This document shows, one piece after another, positions 49,214-60,351 of a stretch of 64,000 bases of DNA. Each line of letters begins with the position of its first letter. Position 1 is the first letter of the stretch. Below the pieces are notes generated by a model, which searched no databases, was not told the DNA's origin, and was given only the letters and a program-made list of their open reading frames with translations. The translations under genes and the position numbers were made by a program. Location of the stretch: NCBI RefSeq assembly GCF_058153355.1, contig NZ_CM177019.1, one strand, 5' to 3'.

Positions 49214-49702
49214 TTATTGCAACTGGAAGAACCGCCGACTGGTCGAGGGAACGAACAGTAGCAACAGGATGAGCATATCCGGCAACTTCTGCAGCATCAG
49301 GCTATGGAAGATTTCACGTTTTGATTCACCGGGAATGCTGAACAGCTCCGGATAACCATAACCCAGCGAAGCCGCCCACAAATAACTGGCGGCCGTGATT
49401 TGTGTCAACAGATACAGCCAGCGCGCCCAGCGACGCCCTTTCACCAGTGAAAACGCACACCAGATCTCAATGAAAACCAGCACAAGGCTGCTTAAAAAGA
49501 CCAGTGTTAAACTCCAGGTTTGTACGCTGCGATGAATGAACTCGCCAATACCGCGCACGCCCAGCGTATTGAAAATCATCAGCACGTCGAGGCCACGGAT
49601 CATAATAATGGCAAGCGCCGCCACCTGTACCAGCGCAGGCACATTCAGGCGAGCATGAGATGAAGATGTTTTCTTAAAAAATCCCAACGTTTCGTCTTCC
49701 AT
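49214..49702 (-). CDS. ybjO: Inner-membrane protein YbjO (DUF2593)
   Basis: 162-aa ORF with hydrophobic segments in the conserved position. Confidence 0.9.
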   Translation of the reverse strand: MEDETLGFFKKTSSSHARLNVPALVQVAALAIIMIRGLDVLMIFNTLGVRGIGEFIHRSVQTWSLTLVFLSSLVLVFIEIWCAFSLVKGRRWARWLYLLTQITAASYLWAASLGYGYPELFSIPGESKREIFHSLMLQKLPDMLILLLLFVPSTSRRFFQLQ

Positions 49703-49761
49703 GAAAACAATGCCGCGACATGCGCGGCATTATGTAGCCAGGTTGGCAAATTTTAGTGTCT

Positions 49762-50607
49762 TCAGCCACGTCTTGCACGCTGGATATCGCGTATCCGCTG
49801 TTTTTCTGCGCGCGCCATCAGATACCAGGCGATAAATCCGACAATTCCGACTGCGCCGAGGATCAATGTTGCCAGGGCGTTGATTTCCGGATTCACCCCC
49901 ATCCGCACGCTGGAGAAGACCAGCATCGGTAACGTGGTGGCTCCTGGCCCGGAAACAAAGCTGGCAATCACCAGATCGTCGAGCGACAGAGTAAAAGCCA
50001 GTAACCAGCCAGAAATGATCGCGGGCATGATCATCGGTAGCGTAATGACGAAAAACACTTTCAGCGGCGTCGCACCGAGATCCATCGCTGCTTCTTCAAT
50101 GGAACGGTCCAGCTCCCGCAGACGCGACGAAATAACGACTGCCACATAAGCCGTACAGAAAGTGACATGCGCCAGCCAGATGGTGAGCATGCCTCGCTCC
50201 GCAGGCCAGCCGATGGCATGTGCAAGTGCGACGAATAACAACAACAGCGACAAGCCCGTGATCACATCCGGCATCACCAGCGGCGCGGTGATCATAAAGG
50301 CAAAACCATTTGATCCGCGAAACCTGCCAAAGCGCACCAGCACGACCGCCGCAATCGTCCCGAGGATCGCCGCCGCCGTCGCCGCACAGGCCGCAATTGT
50401 CAGGCTTAAACCAACCGCACTCATCATCGCGTCATCGCGCAATAATTCGCCATACCAGCGCGTTGACCAGCCGGCCCACACCGTCACCAGCTTCGAGCTG
50501 TTGAATGAATAGATCACCAGCATCAGCATTGGCGCATAGAGAAAGGTGAAGCCCAGCAGCAAAATCACAATTCGCCAGGGCGAACGAACTACCGGTAAAT
50601 TATTCAT
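49762..50607 (-). CDS. potI: Putrescine ABC transporter permease PotI
   Basis: Start at MNNLPVVRSPWRIV (281 aa); overlaps potH. Confidence 0.94.
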   Translation of the reverse strand: MNNLPVVRSPWRIVILLLGFTFLYAPMLMLVIYSFNSSKLVTVWAGWSTRWYGELLRDDAMMSAVGLSLTIAACAATAAAILGTIAAVVLVRFGRFRGSNGFAFMITAPLVMPDVITGLSLLLLFVALAHAIGWPAERGMLTIWLAHVTFCTAYVAVVISSRLRELDRSIEEAAMDLGATPLKVFFVITLPMIMPAIISGWLLAFTLSLDDLVIASFVSGPGATTLPMLVFSSVRMGVNPEINALATLILGAVGIVGFIAWYLMARAEKQRIRDIQRARRG

Positions 50608-51557
50608 CCGTGTTCTCCCACGCTTTTTTGCTGATGCTTGTGGAACCACATTATCGGCACAATTAGCAGCAGCAACATGATGATCGCTACCGCAGAGGCC
50701 ACCGGCCAGTCGCGGTTATTGAAAAACTCCTGCCACAGCACGCGCCCGATCATGATGCTATCCGGACCGCCGAGCAGCTCCGGGATTACAAACTCGCCCA
50801 CTGCCGGGATAAAAACCAGCATTGATCCGGCAATAATCCCGCCTTTGGTCAGCGGCACGATCACAGTAAAGAACGTTTTCAGCGGTCGTGCACCGAGATC
50901 CAGTGCCGCTTCCACCAGCGAATAATCAATACGAATCAAGGCGGTGTAGATCGGCAGCACCATAAACGGTACATAGGCATAAACAATGCCAATATAAACG
51001 GCCAGGTTTGTATGCAGAATGGTCAGCGGCTGGTCGATAACCCCCAGCCACAGCAGAAAATTATTCAGCACGCCGTTATTTTTTAATATTCCCATCCAGG
51101 CATAAACGCGGATCAGAAACGAGGTCCACGACGGCAGGATCACCAGCAGCAATAAGATATTGCGGGTCGAGGGCTTACTGTGCGCCACCGCCCACGCCAG
51201 CGGATAGCCGATCAGTAAACAACAAATTGTCGAAATCGCCGCAACCTGTAACGACTGGAGATATGCATCGAAATAGAGCGGATCGTCAGTCAGTTGCAGG
51301 AAATTACCGAGATTAAGAGTGATGGAAAGTTGCCCGTCAGCCCACTCCATCAGTTCAGTATAAGGTGGAATAGCGCGCGCCATCTCCGCCAGGCTTATTT
51401 TAAAGACAATCAGAAATGGCAGCAGAAACAGTAAGATCAACCAGATATACGGCAACGCAATGATCAGTTTGCGCCCATGCTTCATTTGCAGCTGCGACAA
51501 CCACAGCTTAAATCCGCCCGGCGGTTTCGACTGGGCAGCAGGTTCAAGTGTACTCAT
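50604..51557 (-). CDS. potH: Putrescine ABC transporter permease PotH
   Basis: 317-aa polytopic membrane ORF. Confidence 0.94.
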   Translation of the reverse strand: MSTLEPAAQSKPPGGFKLWLSQLQMKHGRKLIIALPYIWLILLFLLPFLIVFKISLAEMARAIPPYTELMEWADGQLSITLNLGNFLQLTDDPLYFDAYLQSLQVAAISTICCLLIGYPLAWAVAHSKPSTRNILLLLVILPSWTSFLIRVYAWMGILKNNGVLNNFLLWLGVIDQPLTILHTNLAVYIGIVYAYVPFMVLPIYTALIRIDYSLVEAALDLGARPLKTFFTVIVPLTKGGIIAGSMLVFIPAVGEFVIPELLGGPDSIMIGRVLWQEFFNNRDWPVASAVAIIMLLLLIVPIMWFHKHQQKSVGEHG

Positions 51558-51566
51558 CTTTGCTCC

Positions 51567-52700
51567 TTAAACCGTCAACACCACACAGCTGTCCACTTCC
51601 CAGCACAAACGCACTTCGTCGCCCCAGGTCGGTAACCCTTTGCGATAACGATGGGCGTTTTGTAGCTGGGCGCTAATCATCTGCCCGCTTTTTAGACGAA
51701 CGTGATACACCGAAAGATCGCCGAGATAGGCAATGTGCATCACCTCCCCTACCGCGAAGTTACAACCATTGGCGGGCGGCTCCTCGCAGAGCATGATTTT
51801 TTCCGGACGCAGCGCCACATGCACCGGCACGTTATCGACCACCGAAGCATCTACATCAACTTTCAGTGGATGCACCAGCCCCGGCGAATAAAGCACCAGA
51901 CCATCTTCCTGACGCTCTTTGAGTACACCTTCAAAGACGTTTACCGAACCGATAAATTCAGCGCTATAGCGGGTGGTCGGATGCTCGTAGATCTCTTCCG
52001 GCTCGCCAATCTGGACAAATTTCCCACGATTCATAATGGCGATACGCCCCGCCATGGTCATCGCCTCTTCCTGATCGTGGGTGACCATCACACAAGTCAC
52101 ACCGACGCGCTCCAGAATATCCACCACTTCAAGCTGCATCCGGTCACGCAATTTTTTATCCAGCGCGCCCATCGGCTCGTCGAGCAGTAATAGTTTTGGG
52201 CGCTTGGCAAGGCTTCGGGCCAGCACCACACGCTGTCGCTGACCGCCGGAAAGCTGATGCGGTTTGCGTTTGGCGAACTCCTGCATATGCACCAGCCCAA
52301 GCATCTCATTGACCCGGCTGGCAATTTCTGCTTTCGGCAGCTTGTCCTGTTTCAGGCCAAAGGCGATGTTCTGCTCCACGGTCATATGCGGAAACAGCGC
52401 GTAAGACTGAAACATCATATTGATAGGGCGCAGGTAAGGCGGCACCTGTGATAAATCGACGCCATCGAGCATAATCTGCCCGGCAGAAGGTTGTTCGAAA
52501 CCTGCCAGCATACGCAGCAGCGTGGACTTGCCACAGCCGGATGCGCCCAGCAGCGCGAAGATTTCGCCTTTATAGATGGTCAGGCTGACATCATCGACCG
52601 CATGCTGACCATCGTAAGATTTAGTCAGATTACGGATTTCTAATAGCGGCGTCAGCGCCTTACGGGTTTTCGCCTGCGGGCGAGGGATAGCGTCATTCAC
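51567..52700 (-). CDS. potG: Putrescine ABC transporter ATPase PotG
   Basis: GTG start at 52700 with GGAGAG SD 5 nt upstream (377 aa); Walker A GASGCGKST, signature LSGGQRQR. Confidence 0.93.
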   Translation of the reverse strand: MNDAIPRPQAKTRKALTPLLEIRNLTKSYDGQHAVDDVSLTIYKGEIFALLGASGCGKSTLLRMLAGFEQPSAGQIMLDGVDLSQVPPYLRPINMMFQSYALFPHMTVEQNIAFGLKQDKLPKAEIASRVNEMLGLVHMQEFAKRKPHQLSGGQRQRVVLARSLAKRPKLLLLDEPMGALDKKLRDRMQLEVVDILERVGVTCVMVTHDQEEAMTMAGRIAIMNRGKFVQIGEPEEIYEHPTTRYSAEFIGSVNVFEGVLKERQEDGLVLYSPGLVHPLKVDVDASVVDNVPVHVALRPEKIMLCEEPPANGCNFAVGEVMHIAYLGDLSVYHVRLKSGQMISAQLQNAHRYRKGLPTWGDEVRLCWEVDSCVVLTV

Positions 52701-52794
52701 GGCTGCTCTCCGGCATTGAATGTGTGCAAGCGCACCATAATGGTGCGAATTGCCGGCGGGTGTGGTGCGCCCGTCCGGCATCTACGACTGCGGA

Positions 52795-53907
52795 TTATTT
52801 TCCGCTCTTCACTTTGGTCCACGCGCGGGTGCGCACACGGTCGATTTTTGGATCCTGCACTTTCAGAGTGAACAACTTCGCACGAACGTCCGCCGGAGGA
52901 TAAATCCCTGGATTATCACGCACTTCCGCGCTTACCAGCGGCGTAGCTTCTTTGTTAGCATTGGCATAGAACACATGGTCGGAAATATGCGCCACCACAT
53001 CCGGGCGCAGCAGGTAATTCAGGAATTGATAGGCTTCGTCTTTATTTTTGGCATCCGCAGGCATGGCGAAGACATCAAAGAACGCCATCGCCCCTTCTTT
53101 CGGAATCGAGAACGAGACATTAACGCCATTCTTCGCTTCCTTCGCGCGGTTTGACGCCTGCCAGACATCGCCCGCCCAGCCAATAGCGACGCAGATATCG
53201 CCGTTTGCCAGGTCGTTAATGTATTGAGATGAATGGAAATAACGAATGTTCGGGCGCAGCTTTAACAGCAGATCGGTTGCCGGTCCGGTGTAATCATCTG
53301 CTTTAGTGCTGTTGGGATCTTTACCGAGATAATTCAGCACGGTAGCAAACACTTCTTCCGGTGCATCAAGGAAAGAGACGCCGCAGCTTTTCAGTTTTTC
53401 CAGATTTTCAGGTTTGAGGATCAAGTCCCAGCTATCGACGGGCGCGTTTTCGCCCAGCACCGCTTTAACTTTATCGACGTTATAACCAATCCCGGTCGTC
53501 GCCCACATATAGGGCATAGCAAATTTATTGTCGGGATCGTGTTTGGCGACCAACTTCAGCAGTTCCGGGTCGAGATTCTTCCACTCCGGCAATTTGTTTT
53601 TATCCAGTGGCTGGAAAACTCCCGCAGTCAACTGGCGCTCCAGAAAGCTGGCAGATGGAACCACCAGGTCAAAGCCGGTGCTCCCTGCCATTAATTTGCC
53701 TTCCAGTACTTCGTTAGAGTCGAAAACATCGTAGACGACTTTAATACCGGTTTCTTTTTCAAAATTGGCCACCGTGTCCGGGGCGATATAATCAGACCAG
53801 TTATAAATGTGGAGTGTTTTTTGTTCAGCCGCGAGCGTGCCGACAGAGACGGCCATCAGAGCACCCGCAACCAGACCCGATAGCCATTTTTTATTTAAGG
53901 CGGTCAT
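52795..53907 (-). CDS. potF: Putrescine-binding periplasmic protein PotF
   Basis: Start at MTALNKKWLSGLVAGALMAVSVGTLA (370 aa) with signal peptide. Confidence 0.95.
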   Translation of the reverse strand: MTALNKKWLSGLVAGALMAVSVGTLAAEQKTLHIYNWSDYIAPDTVANFEKETGIKVVYDVFDSNEVLEGKLMAGSTGFDLVVPSASFLERQLTAGVFQPLDKNKLPEWKNLDPELLKLVAKHDPDNKFAMPYMWATTGIGYNVDKVKAVLGENAPVDSWDLILKPENLEKLKSCGVSFLDAPEEVFATVLNYLGKDPNSTKADDYTGPATDLLLKLRPNIRYFHSSQYINDLANGDICVAIGWAGDVWQASNRAKEAKNGVNVSFSIPKEGAMAFFDVFAMPADAKNKDEAYQFLNYLLRPDVVAHISDHVFYANANKEATPLVSAEVRDNPGIYPPADVRAKLFTLKVQDPKIDRVRTRAWTKVKSGK

Positions 53908-54257
53908 ATCTCTTTCCTTCTGAAAGTTCGTTAACAAACGAACAAAAGTTGTCACACTGAAAGATATGCAATATTCGTGCATATTTTTTATCGGCTCGGT
54001 GTAAGAAAAGAGAACTCTCTCCCGGCCAGCACTGCTCGCTATATAAAAGCATCGCAAGAATAACTTTAGCCAGGGTTTGAGACTATAGCTCGGATTAAAA
54101 AACGGTATTTAACAAATTTTTATGCGTATTTGCTCTATGTGATAAAGCCAAATCGGCACAAGAGAAGTGAAATAATCTTTAAGAAAAGGTTAAAAATAGC
54201 AGATAATTTTGCAGCACGCAGTCACTGCGGCAGCGACTGCGTACTCGAAAGGTGTTA

Positions 54258-54734
54258 TCAGTGGAGGAAATAGTTTTCGGTAACGTTGTTTTGCCCTTCA
54301 TCGTCAGTCGGTAACAGCAGTTGATGGGCATTAGCTTCAAGAATGACCATCGAAATCTGCTCTTCGCTCTGACGCACGAACCATGCAAACTGCTCATAGG
54401 TTACGCCCTGCATAACGGATAAAGACTGGCAAACCACCAGCTTTGGCAGATTATCATCCTGCATATCAAGAAATGCTTTCACGGTCAGCGAACTGGCATT
54501 GATGGCTGATAAATCCGCCGCCAGCGGCAATACGGCTGAAGGTCGGACTTCCGCCATGGCAGAAAACAGGATCGTGTTATCGATCAGATCGATTTTGGCA
54601 TCAAAGACACCGTCGAAATTCTGCATATGGGGCAGATGCAGAGCCTGACAGTTATCACATTCAAAAAAACTCATCCCCAGGTCATCGAGCCATTGACGCA
54701 ACGTATCCAGACCAGGAACGACCAGCGATGTCAT
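54258..54734 (-). CDS. ybjN: YbjN (putative sensory-transduction regulator fold)
   Basis: Start at MTSLVVPGLDTLRQWLDDLG (158 aa). Confidence 0.9.
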   Translation of the reverse strand: MTSLVVPGLDTLRQWLDDLGMSFFECDNCQALHLPHMQNFDGVFDAKIDLIDNTILFSAMAEVRPSAVLPLAADLSAINASSLTVKAFLDMQDDNLPKLVVCQSLSVMQGVTYEQFAWFVRQSEEQISMVILEANAHQLLLPTDDEGQNNVTENYFLH

Positions 54735-54821
54735 AATTTTGTACAACCTCTTCCGATAAAAAGACCGGCACAGCTTACGCAAAAAGCGCAGGCAAAACCA
54801 TGATCAGTAATGTGATTGCGA

Positions 54822-55724
54822 CTAACCACCCGTTTTCAGGCAATATTCTGTCGTGGCGTTGCGTTCGATCCAACGGATCATTTTACCCGCGATGTCGATA
54901 CCGGTGGTTTTTTCTATTCCTTCCAGCCCCGGCGACGCATTCACCTCCATCACCAATGGCCCGCGATTAGCACGCAGAATATCCACACCAGCAACGTCCA
55001 GCGCCATCGTTCGCGCGGCTTTTATCGCGATTTCACGCTCCTGTGGTGTGATACTGGCGACGCTTGCCGCGCCTCCACGATGCAAATTGGAACGAAAATC
55101 GCCCTCTTTCGCCCGCCGTTCAATCGCAGCGACCACTTCATCGCCAACAACCAGACAGCGGATATCGCACCCTTGCGCCTCTTTGATATATTCCTGCACC
55201 AAAATATGCGCGTTCAGACCGCGGAAAGCGTCAATCACGCTTTCCGCCGCCTGACGCGTCTCCGCCAGCACGACACCAATTCCCTGCGTACCTTCAACCA
55301 GCTTAACCACCAGCGGCGCACCACCGACCATGTCGATTAAATCGCTGGTATCATCCGGCGAATGCGCAATGCCCGTGACAGGCAGGTCGATGCCCTGACG
55401 CGCCAGCAGCTGCATGGAACGCAACTTGTCACGCGCCCGGGCAATGGCGACCGACTCATTGAGCGGATAGCTCCCCAGCATTTCAAACTGACGTAGCGCC
55501 GCCGTCCCATAAAAGGTAATGGCGGTGCCAATACGCGGGATCACAGCGTCAAAATGGGGTAACTTGCGGCCTTTGTAGTGAATAGAAGACGCCGCAGGAT
55601 TTATGTTCATGTAGCAAGAAAGCGGATCAAGAATTTCAACCAGGTGACCACGCTGTATAGCGGCTTCACGCAGCCGCTTACACGAATAGAGCGTTCCATC
55701 CCGGGACAATATGGCAATTTTCAC
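54822..55724 (-). CDS. rimK: Ribosomal protein S6 glutamate ligase RimK
   Basis: 300-aa ATP-grasp ORF. Confidence 0.95.
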   Translation of the reverse strand: MKIAILSRDGTLYSCKRLREAAIQRGHLVEILDPLSCYMNINPAASSIHYKGRKLPHFDAVIPRIGTAITFYGTAALRQFEMLGSYPLNESVAIARARDKLRSMQLLARQGIDLPVTGIAHSPDDTSDLIDMVGGAPLVVKLVEGTQGIGVVLAETRQAAESVIDAFRGLNAHILVQEYIKEAQGCDIRCLVVGDEVVAAIERRAKEGDFRSNLHRGGAASVASITPQEREIAIKAARTMALDVAGVDILRANRGPLVMEVNASPGLEGIEKTTGIDIAGKMIRWIERNATTEYCLKTGG

Positions 55725-55784
55725 CCTGCACCTCTCTGTCAGACCTGGTCAAAAGCCCGCGTATCATACATCGGCGTGGCGGTT

Positions 55785-56507
55785 TTACCGCGTAGCCCAA
55801 CCCTGTTTGTGCAAATAATCCAGTATAAATGGGCGGCTTTCTTTAATGATTGTTCGGCGGATATGATCGCTCCAGGTATCCCGGCGATTATTGCTGCCAC
55901 GGGTGAGGTAATATTCCGCCAGCTGCTCGTCATACTGCGCCAGTGCGTCTTTATCCAGCGGTTGATAGCTGTTTTCATGCACCAAAATGGAAGCCGGTAA
56001 ACGCGGCTTAAGATCCGGATTATCCGCAGGCCAGCCAAGGCACAGCCCAAACAGCGGCAGAACATGCTGCGGTAATTTCAGCAGTTCCGTCACCGCTTCA
56101 ATATTATTGCGCAGGCCGCCGATATATACCCCGCCCAATCCCAGCGATTCCGCTGCGGTTAACGCATTCTGCGCCATCATTGCCGTATCAACGACACCGA
56201 GCAACAGTTGTTCCGCCAGGCCAAGTTGTGCATCCGGACAGATCTGTAAATGGCGGTTAAAGTCGGCACAGAACACCCAAAACTCCGCCGCTTTCGCTAC
56301 GTGTTTTTGCCCGCCGGTCAGCGTCACCAGTTCATCACGTAACGCTTTGTCGGTAATGCGAATAATGCTACTGCACTGCAAAAAACTGGAACTGGACGTC
56401 GCACGGGCGCTGTTAATAATCGCCTCACGCTGCGCTTCGGAAATGGGTTCATCAGTGAAATGGCGAATGGAGCGATGGCCACAAATAAGTTCAATGGTTG
56501 GCGTCAT
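55785..56507 (-). CDS. nfsA: Oxygen-insensitive NADPH nitroreductase NfsA
   Basis: 240-aa ORF MTPTIELICGHRSIRHFTDEPISEAQREAII. Confidence 0.95.
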   Translation of the reverse strand: MTPTIELICGHRSIRHFTDEPISEAQREAIINSARATSSSSFLQCSSIIRITDKALRDELVTLTGGQKHVAKAAEFWVFCADFNRHLQICPDAQLGLAEQLLLGVVDTAMMAQNALTAAESLGLGGVYIGGLRNNIEAVTELLKLPQHVLPLFGLCLGWPADNPDLKPRLPASILVHENSYQPLDKDALAQYDEQLAEYYLTRGSNNRRDTWSDHIRRTIIKESRPFILDYLHKQGWATR

Positions 56508-56778
56508 TATCTTTTTCTCTTTCTGAACGTGAATATTGCGGTGGACGGTTCATCAGCTGTGGGGCAAGACGTTTTGCCACCTGAAGAATAACCACCACCG
56601 CAGCAGGAAGCATGAGCAAAACACCGAGAAAAATCATCAGAATCTGCACCTCTGGCCGAGAAAATGGCTCAGGCAGCGACAGGGAGCCGCTTACCGACAG
56701 CAGCGCCACCGCCAGCAACATCATTCCGATAAATTCCAGTATCAACACGCTTTTAGGCAATTTACCGATCGCGCGCAT
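56491..56778 (-). CDS. ybjC: Small membrane protein YbjC
   Basis: 95-aa ORF overlapping the nfsA start. Confidence 0.88.
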   Translation of the reverse strand: MRAIGKLPKSVLILEFIGMMLLAVALLSVSGSLSLPEPFSRPEVQILMIFLGVLLMLPAAVVVILQVAKRLAPQLMNRPPQYSRSEREKDNDANH

Positions 56779-56937
56779 ACGCTTCCCTCTGCAAAGTGAG
56801 CCTTCAGTCTAAAACTTTTCACTGTATTGTGTTTAACAGTTATAGCTTTTAGCAATTAATGCAACAGGTTAAACCTACTTTCAGCGAATACATTTTAGCG
56901 TGATCATTACAGGCATAAGTCTATGAGGAGAGAAATA

Positions 56938-57195
56938 ATGCAAACCGTTATTTTTGGTCGTCCGGGTTGCCCTTACTGTGTGCGTGCAAAAGATCTGGCT
57001 GAGAAATTGAGCAATGAACGCGATGATTTTCAGTATCAGTATGTAGATATTCGTGCGGAAGGGATCACTAAAGAAGATCTACAACAAAAGGCAGGTAAAC
57101 CCGTAGAAACCGTGCCGCAGATTTTTGTCGATCAGCAACATATCGGCGGCTATACCGATTTTGCTGCATGGGTGAAAGAGAATCTGGACGCCTGA
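56938..57195 (+). CDS. grxA: Glutaredoxin 1
   Basis: Start at MQTVIFGRPGCPYCVRAK (85 aa); CPYC active site. Confidence 0.95.
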   Translation: MQTVIFGRPGCPYCVRAKDLAEKLSNERDDFQYQYVDIRAEGITKEDLQQKAGKPVETVPQIFVDQQHIGGYTDFAAWVKENLDA

Positions 57196-57227
57196 TCGTC
57201 TGACAAGCCCTCGTGTTGAGGGCTTCA

Positions 57228-57602
57228 TTAATTTTTTCTGTGCTGTGATTTAAACAAACTGCTGATAAATAAGAAACACAATGCCCCCAGCGCACACCAG
57301 AACACCGCACTTAATAACCATGCCAGCTCTTGCCAGAATGAGCGTGTTGGTGAAAAAAACAGCCGCATTATGAGCATCGAACAGGGTGCCGCCAGCATTG
57401 CGCCAAATAGAGGTTTCAGGACTTCTCTACGCTGTGAAAAGAAGCTGGCAACCGCTCCAGGAAGAATGAAAAACAGCAAGCCAATTTCAGGATGCCCGGC
57501 AGCCCGAAAAGCGCCTTTCATGTGCGTCGCCAGAAAAAGGCACACCACAATGAAGAGGACAAAACAGCAGATTGCCCCCGCCCAACGTTGTTTATGTTTC
57601 AC
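57228..57602 (-). CDS. ybjM: Inner-membrane protein YbjM
   Basis: 124-aa hydrophobic ORF in the conserved position. Confidence 0.88.
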   Translation of the reverse strand: MKHKQRWAGAICCFVLFIVVCLFLATHMKGAFRAAGHPEIGLLFFILPGAVASFFSQRREVLKPLFGAMLAAPCSMLIMRLFFSPTRSFWQELAWLLSAVFWCALGALCFLFISSLFKSQHRKN

Positions 57603-57871
57603 TCGTTCCTCCTGACACTGCGTCTATCGAACACATTTTTCGCCAGTGTGGCGTTCAGTAAGATAAAGCCGCTTCGCATTCCATGCTAATATAGGCCAAC
57701 GCAATTCATATAGCCGTTGATACCTAATGTGATTACACTAGTAAAATATATTGTTACTTTACTATCGTTTAGGTGCGCTGAATGAATCTGCGCCCTGAAT
57801 TCTGGTAAAAAACATTATCGTAAATTACCATTTCTTTCAACAGCTTACTAGTAAACAAGAAGTTAGCCTCC

Positions 57872-59557
57872 GTGAATATAAACGTCGCCGAATTGTTAAA
57901 TGGGAATTACATTCTGTTATTATTTGTGGTCCTCGCGCTTGGGCTATGTCTCGGGAAATTACGACTTGGTTCGATCCAACTGGGTAATTCCATTGGCGTT
58001 TTAGTCGTATCGCTGTTATTAGGCCAACAACATTTCAGCATTAACACCGACGCGCTTAATCTTGGCTTTATGCTGTTTATTTTCTGCGTCGGGGTCGAAG
58101 CCGGACCGAACTTTTTTTCCATTTTTTTTCGCGATGGGAAAAATTACTTAATGTTAGCACTGGTGATGGTTGGCAGTGCGCTGGTGATCGCCTTAGGGTT
58201 AGGTAAGCTGTTTGGCTGGGATATTGGCCTGACGGCCGGTATGTTAGCAGGCTCTATGACGTCAACACCGGTTTTGGTCGGTGCTGGCGATACACTGCGT
58301 CATTCCGGCATGGAAAGCAGGCAGCTCTCACTGGCACTGGATAATCTGAGCCTCGGGTATGCCTTAACCTATTTAATCGGTCTGGTGAGTTTGATTGTTG
58401 GTGCGCGTTACTTGCCGAAATTGCAGCATCAGGACTTACAGACCAGCGCCCAGCAAATTGCCCGTGAACGTGGCCTGGACACGGATGCCAATCGTAAAGT
58501 TTATTTACCGGTGATCCGCGCCTACCGCGTCGGCCCGGAGCTGGTAGCCTGGACCGACGGCAAAAATCTGCGTGAACTGGGTATTTATCGACAAACTGGC
58601 TGTTACATTGAACGTATTCGGCGTAACGGGATTCTGGCAAATCCAGACGGTGATGCCGTACTACAAATGGGCGATGAAATAGCGTTGGTAGGCTATCCCG
58701 ACGCCCACGCCCGACTCGATCCCAGTTTCCGTAATGGCAAAGAAGTTTTCGATCGTGACCTTCTCGACATGCGTATCGTTACCGAAGAAGTGGTCGTTAA
58801 AAACCATAACGCTGTAGGCAAACGTCTCGCACAACTGAAGTTGACCGATCACGGTTGCTTCCTTAACCGCGTCATTCGTAGCCAGATTGAGATGCCGATT
58901 GATGACAACGTCGTGCTTAACAAAGGTGACGTTTTACAAGTCAGCGGCGATGCCCGTCGCGTAAAAACCATCGCCGATCGCATCGGCTTTATCTCGATTC
59001 ACAGCCAGGTCACTGACTTGCTGGCATTCTGCGCCTTCTTTGTTATTGGGCTGATGATCGGGATGATCACCTTCCAGTTCAGCACATTCAGTTTCGGCAT
59101 GGGGAACGCTGCCGGGTTGTTATTCGCCGGAATTATGCTGGGCTTTATGCGCGCTAACCACCCGACCTTCGGTTACATTCCGCAGGGTGCATTAAGCATG
59201 GTGAAGGAGTTCGGCTTGATGGTGTTTATGGCAGGCGTTGGTCTGAGCGCTGGTAGCGGTATTAATAACGGCCTGGGCGCGATTGGCGGTCAGATGTTGA
59301 TTGCCGGATTAATTGTCAGTCTGGTGCCAGTGGTTATCTGCTTCTTGTTCGGTGCTTATGTATTGCGAATGAACCGCGCACTGTTGTTCGGCGCAATGAT
59401 GGGCGCACGCACCTGCGCGCCGGCAATGGAGATCATCAGTGATACAGCTCGCAGTAATATCCCGGCGCTGGGCTATGCGGGCACTTACGCAATCGCCAAC
59501 GTCCTGCTAACGCTGGCTGGGACAATCATCGTCATGGTATGGCCAGGATTAGGATAA
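57872..59557 (+). CDS. ybjL: Putative transporter YbjL (AAE family, two TrkA-C/RCK_C domains)
   Basis: 561-aa ORF with membrane domains flanking a cytoplasmic region. Confidence 0.92.
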
Positions 59558-59599
59558 AACTGAAGTTGCCCTGAAAATGAAATTTTTTTGCACAACCGC

Positions 59600-59633
59600 A
59601 GAACTTTTCCTCAGGGCATCAGTCTTAATTAGT
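59600..59633 (+). promoter_or_regulatory. Candidate sigma-E promoter of rybB
   Basis: GAACTT -35-like and TCTTAA -10-like elements immediately upstream of the rybB 5' end. Confidence 0.5.
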
Positions 59634-59712
59634 GCCACTGCTTTTCTTTGATGTCCCCATTTTGTGGAGCCCATCAACCCCGCCATTTTGGTTCAAGGTT
59701 GGTGGGTTTTTT
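59634..59712 (+). ncRNA. rybB: Small RNA RybB
   Basis: GCCACTGCTTTTCTTTGATGTCCCCATTTTGTGGAGCCCATCAACCCCGCCATTTTGGTTCAAGGTTGGTGGGTTTTTT matches RybB as I recall it, including the 5' seed and terminator hairpin, in the expected ybjL-rcdA interval. Confidence 0.9.
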
Positions 59713-59731
59713 GTTATCTAAAATTTATCTA

Positions 59732-60268
59732 CTACCCTGCAACCCTCTCAACCATCCTCAAAATCTCCTCGCGCGATAGCGGCTTACGGTCGGTGACAAA
59801 ATGCAGCGTCATCCCCTCAATAAACGCATCAAGCGCGCGGGCGGTTCCGGGTTCAAACCATTGTTCGAGCGTTTGCTGACTGCGCTGCATCCAGTTTTGC
59901 ATTACCGTTTTTAATAGCGGTTTTCGGCTAGCCAGCGCGTAGAGCTGGTACATCAGCTCCATGTTATCCGGCGTTGCAACCTGTGAGCTGTAGATCATAT
60001 CGGTGATAGCCTGGCATGCGCCCGGAGCATCACTAACATCGCTAAAAAATGCCTGATATTGCCGGGACATGATCTCAGTAAAACTGCTGAACGCCTCCAG
60101 CAACAACTCATCAATTCCTGAAAAATAGTAGGTCATCGACCCCAACGGTACCCCGGCAAGGGTAGCAATTTTGCGGTGCGTAACGGCATGTATTCCGTAA
60201 AGTTTCACCGCCTCCAGCGTGGCCTGGATAATTTTTTCTCGCCGTTGCGGATCGTTAGCGCGACGCAT
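59732..60268 (-). CDS. rcdA: TetR-family regulator RcdA (YbjK)
   Basis: Start at [21 protein letters not shown] (178 aa); N-terminal HTH. Confidence 0.92.
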
Positions 60269-60351
60269 GTCATTTCCTCTCTCTGCAATTGTGTACAAAT
60301 GTACACAACCTTGCTAATGTTGTCTTCCCTCTTCTTATTTTGACGTGATCT